Source: Thainema sp. (GTDB lineage: Bacteria; Cyanobacteriota; Cyanobacteriia; Phormidesmidales; Phormidesmidaceae). From it: a stretch of DNA of 64,000 bases. A program made the translations under genes and the position numbers. How positions within the stretch are numbered: the first letter of the stretch is position 1; every line of letters starts with the position of its first letter. Below, piece by piece: positions 51,268 through 61,482 of this stretch. The notes under the pieces are model-generated. The model worked only from the letters and a program-made list of their open reading frames with translations, was not told the DNA's origin and searched no databases. Location: assembly GCA_052168235.1 (NCBI GenBank), contig JBQLZK010000005.1:32001-96000 (forward strand), written 5' to 3'.

Positions 51268-52185
51268 ATGCCTCTAACCGATCTTCCTCTCAATCCCACT
51301 GGGCAACAGCGCGACTGGCAATGGCGTGGCTGGAACATTCGCTATACCTATCTGCGCCCAAAGACGTTGATTTCGCAGGCGGCTCCAGTATTATGGCTGC
51401 ATGGCTTTGCCTCCAGTTTGCAGCAGTGGCGCTACAACTTGGCTCCTCTGAGTGAAACCCATACGGTTTATGCGCTGGATTTGCTCGGCTTTGGCGCGTC
51501 CCAAAAGGCGGCGGCCCAATACGGCACAGAACTGTGGGTGGCGCAGGTCTATGAGTTTTGGCAAACCTGGATTGGTCAACCTGTCGTGCTAGTGGGGCAC
51601 TCTTTGGGGGCGTTAGTCGCGCTGCGATTGGCGACGCTCTATCCCGAAATGGTGGATCGGCTGGTGCTGATGACGCTGCCTGCGGCGCGACAGGAGTTGA
51701 TGCCGGGTGCGGTCAATTCCGTGGCCATGACGATGGAGCGGCTATTTGCTTCACCACTGCTGCTGAAGCCGATGTTTCGCTTACTGCGGCGACCGCCGTT
51801 GATTCGCAAGGTGCTGCGTTCGGTTTATCATCAGCCGGATGCCGTGACGGATGAGCTGGTGGACTTGTTCTGTACGCCACCCCGCGATCGCAACGCGGAA
51901 CGTGCCTTTTGTTATCTAGCGAAATCTCGTACCGATCCGGCTTTTACGCCGACAACGCGATCGCTGTTGCAGCATCTGCATGTGCCAACCCTGCTGCTTT
52001 GGGGCGAACATGATCGGGTAATTCCCTTACAGTGGGGTCGCCAGGTAGCACCGCTGAGCGATTGGATTGAGCTGATTGAGATTGCTGAAGCGGGTCACTG
52101 CGTGTATGACGAGCATCCAGATCAGGTGAATCAACTGATTGAAGACTGGCTGATGAGATCGCACCGCAAACGTGGGGATAGCTGA
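51268..52185 (+). CDS. Alpha/beta hydrolase
   Basis: LHGFAS, DLLGFG, GHSLG, GHCVYDE. Confidence 0.92.
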   Translation: MPLTDLPLNPTGQQRDWQWRGWNIRYTYLRPKTLISQAAPVLWLHGFASSLQQWRYNLAPLSETHTVYALDLLGFGASQKAAAQYGTELWVAQVYEFWQTWIGQPVVLVGHSLGALVALRLATLYPEMVDRLVLMTLPAARQELMPGAVNSVAMTMERLFASPLLLKPMFRLLRRPPLIRKVLRSVYHQPDAVTDELVDLFCTPPRDRNAERAFCYLAKSRTDPAFTPTTRSLLQHLHVPTLLLWGEHDRVIPLQWGRQVAPLSDWIELIEIAEAGHCVYDEHPDQVNQLIEDWLMRSHRKRGDS

Positions 52186-52312
52186 TTCTGGATCTGAATC
52201 GTGAACCTTTTCTTTCCTTTTCTTTAGAGAGAAGAATCGGAGCGCAATAACCAGTATGGTAGCCATACATGGACTTGATTTGCTTTTCATCCTGTATTGA
52301 GGTTATCTAACC

Positions 52313-53386
52313 GTGCAGTTCGGCTCGATCCTGGGCACTATTGCTCTCATCATCTCACTCTATATTTTGTGGGAAATTCAAGGTGTCATCCTATTAGGAT
52401 TCGCCGCTGTTGTATTTGCAACCGTCATTAATCGGTTGGTGCAGCCGCTTGAGCGGTTGAAACTGCCTCGGGGTGTGGCTGTCATCTTGGCGCTGTTTGC
52501 CATCTTGATTGTGGTGGCGGGTCTACTCTCCTTGGCTGCGCCACCCGTGGTTCGGCAGTTTCAGGATTTAATTCAGCAGATTCCGGTGATTGCGGATCAA
52601 GTGACAAACTGGACAGGTTGGCTACAGAGACGGCTGCCATTAGAGGTCGCTGCCTATATTCGCAATCTCGACTCAACGGCGCAAGATTTGCAGATGTGGA
52701 TTGAGCGGCTGTTTGGCAATTTTTTCAGTATTTTCTTCAGCACCCTGGGCGTGATGATCAATGCAGTGCTGTTTACTTTTGTGACCATTATGCTGCTGCT
52801 AAATCCTCAGCCTTATCGTCGGGGATTTATCTTGCTGTTTCCGTCGTTTTATCGCGATCGCGTTGATCAGATTTTGGATCAGTGTGAAAGTACGCTAACG
52901 GGCTGGGCAACTGGCGTACTGTTCAATATGACGGTGATTGGCATCCTCAGCGCGACGGGGCTTTGGATTCTCGGCGTTCCACTGCCGTTAGCGAATGCTA
53001 TTCTGGCTGCCACTTTGGCGCTGATTCCCAACTTGGGGCCAGTCTTAAGCGTGATCCCGCCCGCGCTGTTGGGCTTTTTGGAAGCACCGTGGCGGGGAGT
53101 TGCCGTCATTATTCTGTACATCGTTATTCAGCAAATCGAAAGCAACATTTTGACCCCCTTGGTGATGCAGCGACAGGTCTCGATCCTGCCAGCGGTGACG
53201 CTACTCTCACTAGCGGCGTTTGGCTTGCTGTTTGGGGTGCTGGGCCTCTTTCTGGCGCTGCCAATTGTGGTCGTTGCCCAGGTCTGGATTACGGAAGTGC
53301 TAATTCACGATGTTTTCGACCCCTGGCAAAAAGCGCGATCGCAATCCCAAACCCCATCCCAGGCTCCGCCTGACGATGAGGTATAA
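52313..53386 (+). CDS. AI-2E family transporter
   Basis: IPNLGP, IQQIESNILTP, GVLGLFLALP. Confidence 0.92.
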   Translation: MQFGSILGTIALIISLYILWEIQGVILLGFAAVVFATVINRLVQPLERLKLPRGVAVILALFAILIVVAGLLSLAAPPVVRQFQDLIQQIPVIADQVTNWTGWLQRRLPLEVAAYIRNLDSTAQDLQMWIERLFGNFFSIFFSTLGVMINAVLFTFVTIMLLLNPQPYRRGFILLFPSFYRDRVDQILDQCESTLTGWATGVLFNMTVIGILSATGLWILGVPLPLANAILAATLALIPNLGPVLSVIPPALLGFLEAPWRGVAVIILYIVIQQIESNILTPLVMQRQVSILPAVTLLSLAAFGLLFGVLGLFLALPIVVVAQVWITEVLIHDVFDPWQKARSQSQTPSQAPPDDEV

Positions 53387-53402
53387 GAACCAGAAGGTGG
53401 TG

Positions 53403-54089
53403 CTACTCAGCTGGTGGTGCCGTTTCAGGCTCAGCGGCGGGAGTTTCAGTTTGAGGTTCTTCAGCCGGAGGTTCTTCAGTCGCTCCTTCCACCCCTTCCG
53501 TCCCCTCAGTGGGCAACACGGCTCCGCAGTATTCATTCACCTCTTGAATACTCTGGGATTCTTGTTGCGATAGCTGCTGAATCTTTCCGACGGCTGTTGT
53601 GACTTGGGTTTGAGACTGCTCAATTTGATCCGGTAGCTCTTCTTCCGACTGCACGTTGACGATCGAACCAATGGCGGTACTCGCTTCCGTCAATGCGCTG
53701 CTATAGCCCCGGATGATGGTGATGTAGTCATCGCGGAACTGCACCAGGATTTCATCCTCTAACTCGGTGGTTTCCAGTTCGCTCGCCAAGGTGTCCCAGT
53801 TGGTGACGACTTTCTCGACCGCTGCTGTATATTCCCCAGTGGCGGCTTTAATATCGTCTAAACTTTCGACGTTAGTAATGTCTTGGCTGAAGCTTTGAAT
53901 TTCGGTTTCAAACTCCCCCATAAACGACTCGGTTTGGTTCACCATTTCAGCCAAACGATTGCACTGAGCAACTTTCGATTCACCGCAGCTCACTAAACCA
54001 ACTGCGATCGCACCAGTCGCAATCAAGCTACTCGAGCGATAAAACCGAGAACGAATCCAACTCAAACAGGGACGCAACGACAACAGCAT
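53403..54089 (-). CDS. Hypothetical helical lipoprotein
   Basis: Lipobox-like LVSC; QCN...EYCG cysteine pair; acidic Pro-rich tail. Confidence 0.75.
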   Translation of the reverse strand: MLLSLRPCLSWIRSRFYRSSSLIATGAIAVGLVSCGESKVAQCNRLAEMVNQTESFMGEFETEIQSFSQDITNVESLDDIKAATGEYTAAVEKVVTNWDTLASELETTELEDEILVQFRDDYITIIRGYSSALTEASTAIGSIVNVQSEEELPDQIEQSQTQVTTAVGKIQQLSQQESQSIQEVNEYCGAVLPTEGTEGVEGATEEPPAEEPQTETPAAEPETAPPAE

Positions 54090-54265
54090 TCAGTGATTCT
54101 CCTCAAACCTTCCTCAAACTCATATCGCATATCTTGCCAATCAAGAACCGGAGGACGTGATGGCATAGTCGCTTTGGCAGTGAAATCAGCCTTCTGGATT
54201 GTAGTGCAAGATGCCAATGAACCTCTGCAGGACATCATAACCAAGCGGCTATGATTCGTCAGAAC

Positions 54266-55705
54266 CTATTGATTATTTTTTGCCAATCGGCGTTCCCGCA
54301 GCCGCAGCAGAATTTCGGCGTGGGTTTCGCGGGTAATAGGATAAAAATAGGCCAGTACGAGCCCTAAAATCAGCAACACCATTGGCATTAGGCCCATCAT
54401 CAGCCGAATTGCCCACAGTGCTGATTCCGGCTGAGTAGCGGACCCTGCCACAAAGCCGCTGGCGCTGAGGGCAGCACTGACGAGAAATAATCCTACTCCG
54501 CGACCAATCTTTTGCAGCAGCGTCATAAAGGCGTAGAAGATTCCCTCGCGACGCTGGCCCGATCGCAGTTCGTCCAGGTCAATCGCATCCGGCAGCATCG
54601 ACCAGGGGACAACGTAAGCGGTTGCCACCCCAATACTGACAATCACACACAGGATATACATCAGCAGCGTTTGCCCTGGCTGCAGGAAGAGGAGAAAAAA
54701 CTGCACAGCAATCCAGGGAGCCATGCCCAGAAAATACAGTCCTCGTTTACCCGCTTTCTTACTCACCTGATTGCAGCCGTACACCATCAAAATCGATGTG
54801 CCCTGCACCAGCAGCGCGGCCAGGAAGTAATCGTCCAGCCCCATCCAAAACTCAACGTAGAACGGAATCACGGTTGCCGTCACCTGGAGCGCCAGCCAGG
54901 AAAACATATAAATGCCGATGATCATCAAAAACGGCACGTTGGTAATGAAAATTTTGATTTGATCTGCGATCGCAACTTCTTCGTCGGTTTCATCAATCTG
55001 CTGCACCGCCTGCGTCCGCTGCTTGGCCTGAGGATAGGTGCCAAAGATACACCAGTAAATCGGTATTATCGACACTAGACCACACACACCGCCCAGCACC
55101 GCATACTGCAGTTGCTGATTTTCAATCTGACTACTAATCAGCAAGCCCAAGGCTAACGCCAGCACTGCGCCAAAGAGCGAGAATGAAATTCGAAAAGTGG
55201 TCAGCTCCGTTCGCTCGTCGTAGTCTTCGGTAATCTCTGCCGTCAGCGTCGTATAAGGCAAGTTCACTGCCGTAAAGAAAATCTGGAACACCAGCGACGT
55301 GATCACGTAGTACCAAAACTTCCCCGTTGCCCCAAAATCCGGTACCAGCCAGGTGAGGAAAAAGGTAATGCCAAAGGGGATTCCCGCGAGAAACATCCAG
55401 GGATAGCGTCGTCCCCAGCGCGTCCGCGTGCGATCGCTGAGCACCCCAATCAGCGGGTCGTTAATCGCATCCCAAATGTTGCCAATAAGCAGTACCGTTC
55501 CCGCCGCTAGGGGATCAACCCCAGCCACATTAGTCAGAAAGATTAAAAACGAGAACACAATCAGGTTGCTGGTTATACCAGCTCCTGCATCTCCGGCCCC
55601 ATAGGCTATCTTGGTGGCTAGAGGTAGCTTGGGTTGCTCTTCGTAGGATGAAACATCAGACGAATCGTGGCGCGGATCTAGCGGATCAGGCGGAACATCA
55701 TGCAT
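54266..55705 (-). CDS. MFS transporter, GPH (MelB-like) family
   Basis: KIAYGAGD, WDAINDP, SDRTRTRWGRRYPW, LPDAID...RREG. Confidence 0.93.
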   Translation of the reverse strand: MHDVPPDPLDPRHDSSDVSSYEEQPKLPLATKIAYGAGDAGAGITSNLIVFSFLIFLTNVAGVDPLAAGTVLLIGNIWDAINDPLIGVLSDRTRTRWGRRYPWMFLAGIPFGITFFLTWLVPDFGATGKFWYYVITSLVFQIFFTAVNLPYTTLTAEITEDYDERTELTTFRISFSLFGAVLALALGLLISSQIENQQLQYAVLGGVCGLVSIIPIYWCIFGTYPQAKQRTQAVQQIDETDEEVAIADQIKIFITNVPFLMIIGIYMFSWLALQVTATVIPFYVEFWMGLDDYFLAALLVQGTSILMVYGCNQVSKKAGKRGLYFLGMAPWIAVQFFLLFLQPGQTLLMYILCVIVSIGVATAYVVPWSMLPDAIDLDELRSGQRREGIFYAFMTLLQKIGRGVGLFLVSAALSASGFVAGSATQPESALWAIRLMMGLMPMVLLILGLVLAYFYPITRETHAEILLRLRERRLAKNNQ

Positions 55706-55904
55706 GGTAACGGGTAACGTATGAAATCGGTGGCGTCATCAAGTGGCCGTTGAACCCATTTATCGACTTGGGCGCAACGTCCAGACTCGATTTGTCACTC
55801 AAGATACTAAAGAATAGGCATTGCTTACTTTAACTATTGTTGGCGAGACTGTTGGCAAAATCGCCGCATATTGATTAGAAAGTATTGAAAACCGTTAACG
55901 CCAT

Positions 55905-55931
55905 GTAGGGGCGAACGATGTTCGCCCCTAC
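55905..55931. repeat. GTAG REP-like palindrome
   Basis: GTAGGGGCGAAC-GAT-GTTCGCCCCTAC. Confidence 0.8.
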
Positions 55932-55964
55932 TCAGCCCGTAGAATAGCTACCATCGTGAATGGG

Positions 55965-57455
55965 TTAAATCGCGAGATGCTGCTGCACTGTTTGCGATAG
56001 CAAGTCTGTCCAGTGAGCTGTCATTGCTGCGTCAATCGCTTCGACCATGACTCGAATTACGGGTTCAGTACCCGATGCCCGCACTAGGACACGGCCCTGA
56101 TCGCCCATTGCCAGTTCTGCTTGAGCAATGGCCTGCTGCAGCGGATCGCAATCCTGCCAGTTCAATCTGCGATCGCGATCTTCCACCCGAATATTTTTGA
56201 GCAACTGCGGATAGGTTTGGAAGCTCTGATCGACCAGATCCGCCAGCGACGTGCCGGATTGCCGAACCAGTCCGGCAATGTGCAGCGCCGTCAACACGCC
56301 GTCCCCCGTCAAGCTGTAGTGGTGGCACAAAATATGACCGGACTGCTCGCCGCCCAGCATCGCGCCGCGCCGCCGCATTTCAGCGTGAACATGCTGATCG
56401 CCCACGGGAGTGCGGACGAATTCGCCACCCTGAGCCTGCCACGCCCGCTCAAAGCCCAAGTTCGCCATCACGGTCGAAACGATTAGGTTCTCAGGCAGTT
56501 GGTTGGCTGATTGCAGCAGTTTGCCCCAGAAGTAGAGAATATAATCGCCATTTACTTCCCGACCCTGCGTATCAACGGCCATCACCCGATCGGCGTCGCC
56601 ATCAAAGGCAAAGCCCAAATCGGCCTGATGCTCTAGCACTGCCGCCTTCAACGGTTCGAGATGAGTCGAACCGCAGTGGACGTTGATCCGATTGCCGTCG
56701 GGGGTGCTGTGCAGGGCAATCACCTCGGCTCCTAAGGACTCGAAAACTGCGATCGCAGATCGAGTGGCGGAACCCCAGGCTAGATCGAGCGCAATTCGCA
56801 TACCCGATAAATCAACGCCTGCGGGTAGAGACTGATGCAGAGCTTGAGCATAGCGATCTGCTAGATCAAACCGCTGTTCACAGCGTCCCCAGGGGTTCAA
56901 GCCCGTTTCGGGTAGGGCGCTGGAGATGGGAGACAAGTTGCCGCGTAGAGCCGCCTCGATTTCTTTTTGCAGCACCGTGCTGAGCTTGGTACCATCAGCA
57001 GCAAAAAACTTAATGCCGTTGTCTTGGGGCGGATTGTGGCTGGCAGAAATCATCACGCCACCCAATGCGTTCAACTGGGGCGTTAACGTGGCGACGCAGG
57101 GCGTGGAACACAACCCCAAGTTCCAAACCTCCAGCCCAGAAGCCGTCAGTCCGGCAGCCAAGGCCGCAGACAGCATATCACTGGAGTTGCGAGAATCCTG
57201 ACCAATCAAGACTACACCCGTTCGCTGGGCATGGGATTGTAAAACCTGTCCAGCCCAAAAGCCCACCTGTAGCGCTAGGGGAGCGTTGAGCAACTCTCCC
57301 ACCTGTCCACGAATGCCATCCGTACCGAATAACGAAGACTGGGGTAGCGATAAGGGTGCCCAGCCCGCCATCGCAGGATGCGAAACAATACCGGGTTGAG
57401 CCGAACGAGGTTGCGATCGCGCTGTCACAGCACGACGGGGGGGAGACGTAACCAT
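55965..57455 (-). CDS. glmM: Phosphoglucosamine mutase
   Basis: [34 protein letters not shown]. Confidence 0.95.
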   Translation of the reverse strand: MVTSPPRRAVTARSQPRSAQPGIVSHPAMAGWAPLSLPQSSLFGTDGIRGQVGELLNAPLALQVGFWAGQVLQSHAQRTGVVLIGQDSRNSSDMLSAALAAGLTASGLEVWNLGLCSTPCVATLTPQLNALGGVMISASHNPPQDNGIKFFAADGTKLSTVLQKEIEAALRGNLSPISSALPETGLNPWGRCEQRFDLADRYAQALHQSLPAGVDLSGMRIALDLAWGSATRSAIAVFESLGAEVIALHSTPDGNRINVHCGSTHLEPLKAAVLEHQADLGFAFDGDADRVMAVDTQGREVNGDYILYFWGKLLQSANQLPENLIVSTVMANLGFERAWQAQGGEFVRTPVGDQHVHAEMRRRGAMLGGEQSGHILCHHYSLTGDGVLTALHIAGLVRQSGTSLADLVDQSFQTYPQLLKNIRVEDRDRRLNWQDCDPLQQAIAQAELAMGDQGRVLVRASGTEPVIRVMVEAIDAAMTAHWTDLLSQTVQQHLAI

Positions 57456-57914
57456 AGGTATAAACACTCCTTACACACACTCACTCACAGTGGAGCATAC
57501 CATCTTCACGAAAATTTGCACTGTTTACTTATGACAACTCTCCAGAAACGTCTGAAGCGTTCGCTCTTGAGTTTGCAGCGCATCAATCGAGCTAATGGAA
57601 AATGAACAGTCACATTTCGATGGTCACTTTTTGAAAGACTATCCGAAGATGACTTGACGCTCCGATTTGGTTATGCTCCAGCATAGGATAGGAGCAGATA
57701 TTCAGAATGGCTCAATCGGGAGATATTTGTTCACTGAAAATAAGGAACATCGCAATTGGCGCATCCTGAATGCGGATCCACATAAATAGATCTACGGCTT
57801 TAGTACAAATAGTCCGGATCTTGTTTACATCAGGGCAGAAATTCAGGCAATGGTTTGAGAACTTTCAGCGTTAGCGACAAGATGTTTACCGGACGCATTC
57901 AAGGGTCAAATCAA

Positions 57915-58427
57915 ATGACGGATCAACTGCCGAGTGGCTTTTGGCAAGGACTGGAACAGTTTAATCGCGGCGAATATTACGCCTGCCACGATACTCTGGA
58001 AGCGATTTGGCTGGAAGCTCCCGATCCGCCCAAGAGTTTATATCAGGGCATTTTGCAAGTCGCGGTAGGAATTTACCACCTGAGCAATCAGAACTGGAAG
58101 GGATCGGTGATTTTGCTAGGCGAGGGCATCAGCCGGATTCGCCGCTACGACTCTGACTATGCAGGTGTTGATATTGATGATTTGCTCGAACAAAGCTCAG
58201 ATCTGCTGATGGCTCTACAGACGGCAGGCCCCGAACAAGCCGTAGCCTGCGCGCATTACCTGGGCCTGTTATCAGGGGACTCGGTGGCGGAAATTACACA
58301 GGCGGTTGCGGACGATCTTGCCAATGCTCAACCAGATGCAGCCGGCCTGAATCTGGCCGAGTCGCTGGATGCAGATCTGAAATCGCGCTTGAAGTTGCCC
58401 AAAATTCGGTATCAAAAGCCTGATTGA
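57915..58427 (+). CDS. DUF309 domain protein
   Basis: FNRGEYYACHDTLEAIW, QGILQVAVGIYH. Confidence 0.88.
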   Translation: MTDQLPSGFWQGLEQFNRGEYYACHDTLEAIWLEAPDPPKSLYQGILQVAVGIYHLSNQNWKGSVILLGEGISRIRRYDSDYAGVDIDDLLEQSSDLLMALQTAGPEQAVACAHYLGLLSGDSVAEITQAVADDLANAQPDAAGLNLAESLDADLKSRLKLPKIRYQKPD

Positions 58428-58471
58428 AACTTTAGGTGCGATCGCACCGTCATCTCATCCAACACCATCGC

Positions 58472-59032
58472 ATGAACCAGCCCCCGACTGTTCTAACGAC
58501 AGACCGACTCAAACTCCGTCGCCCATCCCTGGCGGATGCCGCCGCCATCTTTGAGTATGCTTCTGATCCAGAGGTAACGCGCTATATGGATTGGCCAACG
58601 CATACCGATATTCAAGACACCGTTCAGTTTCTTGAATGGTGCATACCTCGTTGGGAAGCAGGCCAAGAGTTTTGCTGGATGATTACAGTTCAGTCAGCAG
58701 ACCAAGCAATTGGTGCCATCGCCTGTCGGATAAACGGGCATAAAGCCGACTTTGGCTATGTTCTTCATCGGCAACACTGGAGGCAAGGGTATATGACTGA
58801 AGCCACTCGTGCGGTGCTCACATGGCTGACCAGTCTCCCAACCATTTATCGAATCTGGGCGATATGTGATACTGAAAATCTGGCATCAGCTAGGGTTCTA
58901 GAGAAGGTGGGTCTGCTCCGTGAAGGCACGCTGCGCTGTGCCACGATGCGCCCCAATCTGTCATCTCGTCCCCGCGATAGTTTCATTTTTGCGAAGGTGC
59001 GCGATCCTGAATCCGGATGTTGGGCAAATTAA
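58472..59032 (+). CDS. GNAT acetyltransferase (RimJ/RimL-like)
   Basis: TDRLKLR, WRQGYMTEA, ENLASARVLEKVG..REG. Confidence 0.9.
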   Translation: MNQPPTVLTTDRLKLRRPSLADAAAIFEYASDPEVTRYMDWPTHTDIQDTVQFLEWCIPRWEAGQEFCWMITVQSADQAIGAIACRINGHKADFGYVLHRQHWRQGYMTEATRAVLTWLTSLPTIYRIWAICDTENLASARVLEKVGLLREGTLRCATMRPNLSSRPRDSFIFAKVRDPESGCWAN

Positions 59033-59187
59033 CCTGTAAGAGAGGGTAAAGGACTCAATCATTTTGCTACATTTCTGACGTAGCCCGTTTGACCCTGTTA
59101 GATTTTTAGTAATAACCCATCCACCGCTAAATTTGCGATTAGCCGCGTCAAACTCTTTCACAAAACGCTGAGAACACCTGTAAAACC

Positions 59188-59709
59188 ATGTTGCGACGAT
59201 TGTTTCGTTCAAGCTTGTCATCCGCTCGCTGGCTCTTACCGTTGATGATTGCCGGAAGTGCGATCGCACCCTATTCTGGACAAATTGCCAAAGCCCAAAC
59301 GGGTGGTAACCAAGCGCTCACGCTGCGTTCTGACGTGCAGGAAGCTAACTCTGTCACGGGCGTAATCACTGCACGCGGCAATGTCCAAATTAACTATCCG
59401 GCCCGTCAAATTCAGGCCACTTCTGCCCAAGCGCAGTACTACAGCCGCGAACGCCGCATCGTTCTCAGCGGTGATGTCTACGTGCTGCAAGAAGGTAATA
59501 GCTTACAAGCTGAAACGATTACCTATTTGATTGATGAGGGCCGCTTTGTTGCCTTGCCTCGCCAGCAGGAGCAAGTTGAAGCCATTTATCTGGTTGACGA
59601 CCCCAATGCCCCTGCGGAACAGCCTGCGAGTTCCGGCGGTGGCGCTGTGGGTGGGACAGAAGATTTCAATCCCAAACCTGTCTTCAAAACTCCATTCAGC
59701 GATCAGTAA
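59188..59709 (+). CDS. lptA: LptA/OstA-family protein
   Basis: Signal peptide; SDVQEAN..TGVITARGNV, AQYYSRE, LSGDVYVLQEGN. Confidence 0.85.
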   Translation: MLRRLFRSSLSSARWLLPLMIAGSAIAPYSGQIAKAQTGGNQALTLRSDVQEANSVTGVITARGNVQINYPARQIQATSAQAQYYSRERRIVLSGDVYVLQEGNSLQAETITYLIDEGRFVALPRQQEQVEAIYLVDDPNAPAEQPASSGGGAVGGTEDFNPKPVFKTPFSDQ

Positions 59710-59722
59710 TTTATCTCTGCTC

Positions 59723-59777
59723 AAAAACTGAAAGAGGCACCTTGTCGCGCTGCGGCAAGGTGCCTCTTTCAGTTTTG
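59723..59777. terminator. Bidirectional terminator hairpin
   Basis: AAAACTGAAAGAGGCACCTTG...CAAGGTGCCTCTTTCAGTTTT between convergent genes. Confidence 0.8.
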
Positions 59778-59790
59778 GGTGTGCAATGGC

Positions 59791-59910
59791 TCAATCGTTT
59801 TCTTGATAAATCCGGATCGCCCCGTGTTGCACAATCCAAAGTTTGCCCGTCAGATCATTGTTTTCTAATGCTCCAATCAAGGTTGCGATCGCATCCAGCT
59901 TTAATTTCAT
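59791..59910 (-). pseudogene. Internally deleted DUF5615/PIN-like toxin remnant (39 aa)
   Basis: ATGA overlap with the DUF433 stop; MKLKLD fused directly to AIATLIGAL...GKLWIVQHGAIRIYQ. Confidence 0.7.
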
Positions 59911-60155
59911 GCCACGGAATCTATTGGAATTTCAACGAATCGTTCGCGCGACATTTCTGCGCCATAGGCGATACAGGCCAAAATATCTTCCGGTTCTAGC
60001 TGCGGATATTCCTCTAAAACCTCAGGAATCGCCATGCCGCTAGCCATAAAATCCAGAATCAGCGAAACCCAGATGCGATGACCCCGAATACAGGGCTTGC
60101 CAAAGCAGATATTGGGATTTATGGAAATACGATTTAGAAGTTCCTGGCGGCTCAT
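59907..60155 (-). CDS. DUF433 antitoxin
   Basis: RISINPNICFGKPCIRGHRI...EYPQLEPEDILACIAY; GGAGG RBS. Confidence 0.92.
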   Translation of the reverse strand: MSRQELLNRISINPNICFGKPCIRGHRIWVSLILDFMASGMAIPEVLEEYPQLEPEDILACIAYGAEMSRERFVEIPIDSVA

Positions 60156-60302
60156 TATGCCTCCTGCCTGTGCGGGATTGTGATCCCAATTTTCCCACGT
60201 GTTTTTGATAGAAAGCAGGTCTGGCCTCTACCTTTTGTCTCAGATCGCAGGGTAAACCATGCCATAATGATCCGGCTAAGACGCAAGTGAACGTTTCGCC
60301 GC

Positions 60303-61382
60303 ATGACCCAAGCTCCTTTTACCGCAGACCTTTCGACCAGCAACCCCGAAGACTTTGACCTTTCATTCCAACTGCCCGATCCCGAAGATGACCAAATTTC
60401 CGAAGCCGAGTTTCAGCAGCAGGTAGAAACGGCATGGCTGATCTGCGATCGCTTTGATTTGCAGACCGATATTTGGCGTGGTCGCATTCTCAGAACTGTG
60501 CGCGATCGCGAAAAGCGCGGTGGCGATGGACGCGGCACAGGCTTCCTCAACTGGCTGAAGGATCGAGAAATCAGCAAGAGTCAAGCTTATGCCTTGATTG
60601 AACTGGCCAACAGCGCCGATACGCTGCTGGAAAATGGCGTGTTGGAAGCGCAGGACGTGAACCAGTTCAGCAAGCGGGCCTTTGTCGAAACGGCTCAATC
60701 CTCGCCCGAAGTGCAGCAACTGGTTAGCGAAGCCGCCCATCGCGGCGACCACATTACCCGTCGCGAAGTGCGCCAGCTCTCGGATGAATGGACGGCGATG
60801 ACCTCTGATTTGCTGCCAGATGAAATTAAGGAAAAAGCGGCCAACAATACGATTCCAGCTCGCTACCTGTCGCCGCTGGTTAAGGAAATGGAAAAGCTGC
60901 CGGAACCGCATCAAAACACGCTCAAAACCGAGGTGGCGCTCAATCCGGATATCGACACCCTGAAGCAAGTTACCACTGAAGCTCGTTACTTATCGAAGTA
61001 CCTCGCTGCTGCGGTGCAAGTCCAGGTGCTAAATCAGGAATCGCTTGATATTGAACAGGCATTGGAAGAAGCGCTGCGTGTCGGCTGTCTGAATGCGACA
61101 GCGGATCTCGTCAACCAAGCCGCTCAACTGGAACAGGCGACGGTAAAGCTCTACACGGCTTGGAAAAAGATTAAAGACCTCTCCGATCGCGTTTATGTGG
61201 ATAGCGGAGCCAGTACGCCCCATCTACGATCGCTGTTATCCCATTTAACGCCGCTCACGGGTGATCTGATCCGGGTACAGCTTGGAGATCCGAATAGTCA
61301 GCTATCCCGCACAATTCGATTACAAGTCTTACCTGACGAGGAATCGCTGTATGAGGACAACCCAGTCGAAAACCTCAACTAG
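60303..61382 (+). CDS. Conserved cyanobacterial hypothetical protein
   Basis: 359-aa ORF; CDRFDLQTDIWRGRILR, FSKRAFVETA. Confidence 0.8.
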   Translation: MTQAPFTADLSTSNPEDFDLSFQLPDPEDDQISEAEFQQQVETAWLICDRFDLQTDIWRGRILRTVRDREKRGGDGRGTGFLNWLKDREISKSQAYALIELANSADTLLENGVLEAQDVNQFSKRAFVETAQSSPEVQQLVSEAAHRGDHITRREVRQLSDEWTAMTSDLLPDEIKEKAANNTIPARYLSPLVKEMEKLPEPHQNTLKTEVALNPDIDTLKQVTTEARYLSKYLAAAVQVQVLNQESLDIEQALEEALRVGCLNATADLVNQAAQLEQATVKLYTAWKKIKDLSDRVYVDSGASTPHLRSLLSHLTPLTGDLIRVQLGDPNSQLSRTIRLQVLPDEESLYEDNPVENLN

Positions 61383-61391
61383 CCTATTTGT

Positions 61392-61467
61392 GTAAGTTGG
61401 GTTGAGTGATCACGAAACCTAACAAACGCCGAAAAGATTTGGTTTTGCGTTACTCAACCCAACCTAC
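61392..61467. repeat. GTAG-type REP-like palindromic element
   Basis: GTAAGTTGGGTTGAGT...ACTCAACCCAACCTAC; same family as 6493-6566. Confidence 0.8.
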
Positions 61468-61482
61468 GAAACTAGCAACCAA

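Noticed and set aside
54512..55078. 188-aa plus-strand ORF
   Set aside because: Antisense shadow of the MFS transporter
60363..60968. 201-aa minus-strand ORF
   Set aside because: Antisense shadow of the conserved 60303-61382 gene
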